From an uncultured virus (IMG/VR IMGVR_UViG_3300029286_001003) (taxonomy: Duplodnaviria; Heunggongvirae; Uroviricota; Caudoviricetes), in IMG/VR virus record IMGVR_UViG_3300029286_001003: DNA of 64,000 nucleotides. One strand, written 5' to 3'. The position numbers and the translations under genes were made by a program. This document shows, one piece after another, positions 62,845 to 64,000 of the stretch (positions are counted from its first letter, which is position 1; the number at the start of each line of letters is the position of its first letter). The notes beneath the pieces were generated by a model. The model saw nothing but the letters and a program-made list of their open reading frames with translations. It searched no databases and was not told the DNA's origin.

Positions 62845-63346
62845 ATGGAAATACATGATTCAAGAAAAGGTGTTAAAATGGAACAACCATTAGTTAAAAA
62901 TGTTGGGTTTAGACAACCACAATTAAAAATACATGACGCTAGAAACAAATTCAATAAACCATCTTTCAAATTTATTTTATTTTATCAAAATAATAGAAAG
63001 AAAATTAAATGGATTATTCTTTTTATTGTTGTAGTGTTTATTATTTTCTTTCCTGTGGTGTCAGGAACGATTATAGGGGATTGGATTAAGGATTTCTTCG
63101 GTACCATTATAAGTATCGTTAAAACGATTTAAAATGATTATGCCTAATAAAGGTGAAAGAAATAGATTAACAAAATTAAAATTTAAAAGAAGATTAAAAA
63201 GAATGGGACTTTTGGGTCCGGGTGGTATAATAAATCCAAATTTATATTGTTATAAAAATCAAGGAAAACCATGTAGTTGTATATTTTGTTCCAAAGGTAA
63301 ATATAACAGAAAAATAAAACACAAAAAGAAAAATGACACAGAATAA
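62845..63346 (+). CDS. Membrane protein (62845..63132) and small basic Cys-containing protein (63134..63346)
   Basis: TM helix; CSCIFC. Confidence 0.5.
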
Positions 63347-63632
63347 AATTTTAGATAGGGAACATTATATAGATATTATTGGTGTAATGGAATGGTTGTA
63401 TGATGAAAACAAATATCAAAAAATTCGTTTTGATAGAGATAAATGTTTTAAATATAAATTCAATAATAAATTACATAGGTCTGATGGACCAGCTATTGAA
63501 TATTATAATGGTGGGGGTGAATATTATTTAGATGATGAAAAAGTAACGGAAGAATATCACATTAATAATAAAAGATATGAAACATTGGATAAAATATTGA
63601 ATCCTATACCAAAGAATTTGGGTGATCCTTAA
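63333..63632 (+). CDS. LHRxDGPA-repeat protein
   Basis: LHRSDGPAIE motif. Confidence 0.6.
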   Translation: MTQNKILDREHYIDIIGVMEWLYDENKYQKIRFDRDKCFKYKFNNKLHRSDGPAIEYYNGGGEYYLDDEKVTEEYHINNKRYETLDKILNPIPKNLGDP

Positions 63633-63716
63633 TCCATTGAAATATATTTATCACACCATTACCACCCTCACACCAATATTTCTTGTGAATCACTCATTTT
63701 ATTAATATTTTATTAT

Positions 63717-63965
63717 TTATAATCCACTTAAATCTGCTTTACCATCTTCTTTCTTATGACGACCGTTATTTACCCATTTTTGAATGAGTGATGCTTTTTC
63801 AGAAAATTTCTGAATAACATATTTGTGATACTTTTCATTATCAGGAACCATTTTATCTACCAGAAACAAAATATAACTTGTAACTTCATCGTCATTTGAA
63901 TGAGATTTATCATCAGTTTTATCAACTGGTGATAGTAATCTCAAAAAATCAATGATGTTTGTCAT
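63717..63965 (-). CDS. Hypothetical protein
   Basis: ORF. Confidence 0.45.
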   Translation of the reverse strand: MTNIIDFLRLLSPVDKTDDKSHSNDDEVTSYILFLVDKMVPDNEKYHKYVIQKFSEKASLIQKWVNNGRHKKEDGKADLSGL

Positions 63966-64000
63966 TTGTTCTTTATTTTTTCCCTGTAATTGGATTGAAC

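Noticed and set aside
1..64000. Genome-wide stop-codon reassignment as in some Bacteroidota megaphages
   Set aside because: Long genes are intact in code 11; TAG ends genes at expected positions (e.g. 62315-62317, 35533-35535) and TGA ends many genes in ATGA overlaps

Overview
Very AT-rich, densely coding segment of what is most likely a large (jumbo) T4-like tailed phage of a Bacteroidota host. Support: a T4 gp15-like tail gene at the left edge, Bacteroidetes-type TAnnTTTG promoters, no Shine-Dalgarno motifs, Gln(+1) signal peptides and Bacteroidetes-like clpP/TonB receptor. It uses the standard genetic code. Recognisable genes: a dispersed NAD+ supply set (TonB-dependent receptor, pnuC, nadR, pncA, nadE, pncB), smpB, split clpP, dnaJ, tdk, a fused Mre11-Rad50, two lysozyme-fold enzymes, HD/HAD enzymes, a macrodomain, a Nudix hydrolase and four free-standing homing endonucleases. 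Main unexplained structure: about 18 otherwise unrelated late-promoter genes share a T4 capsid-targeting-like N-terminal tag (e.g. MITKFENFLNE). Many carry ADP-ribosyltransferase-like folds, including a tandem array directly upstream of the macrodomain and Nudix genes. Together with the NAD+ set this suggests a virion-delivered ADP-ribosylation write/erase/recycle/resupply system (inference). There is also a ~240-nt structured ncRNA with its own promoter and terminator, and three recurring promoter classes. Several clean internal deletions and one exact duplication may be assembly errors. All protein family calls are by eye from motifs; no searches were run.
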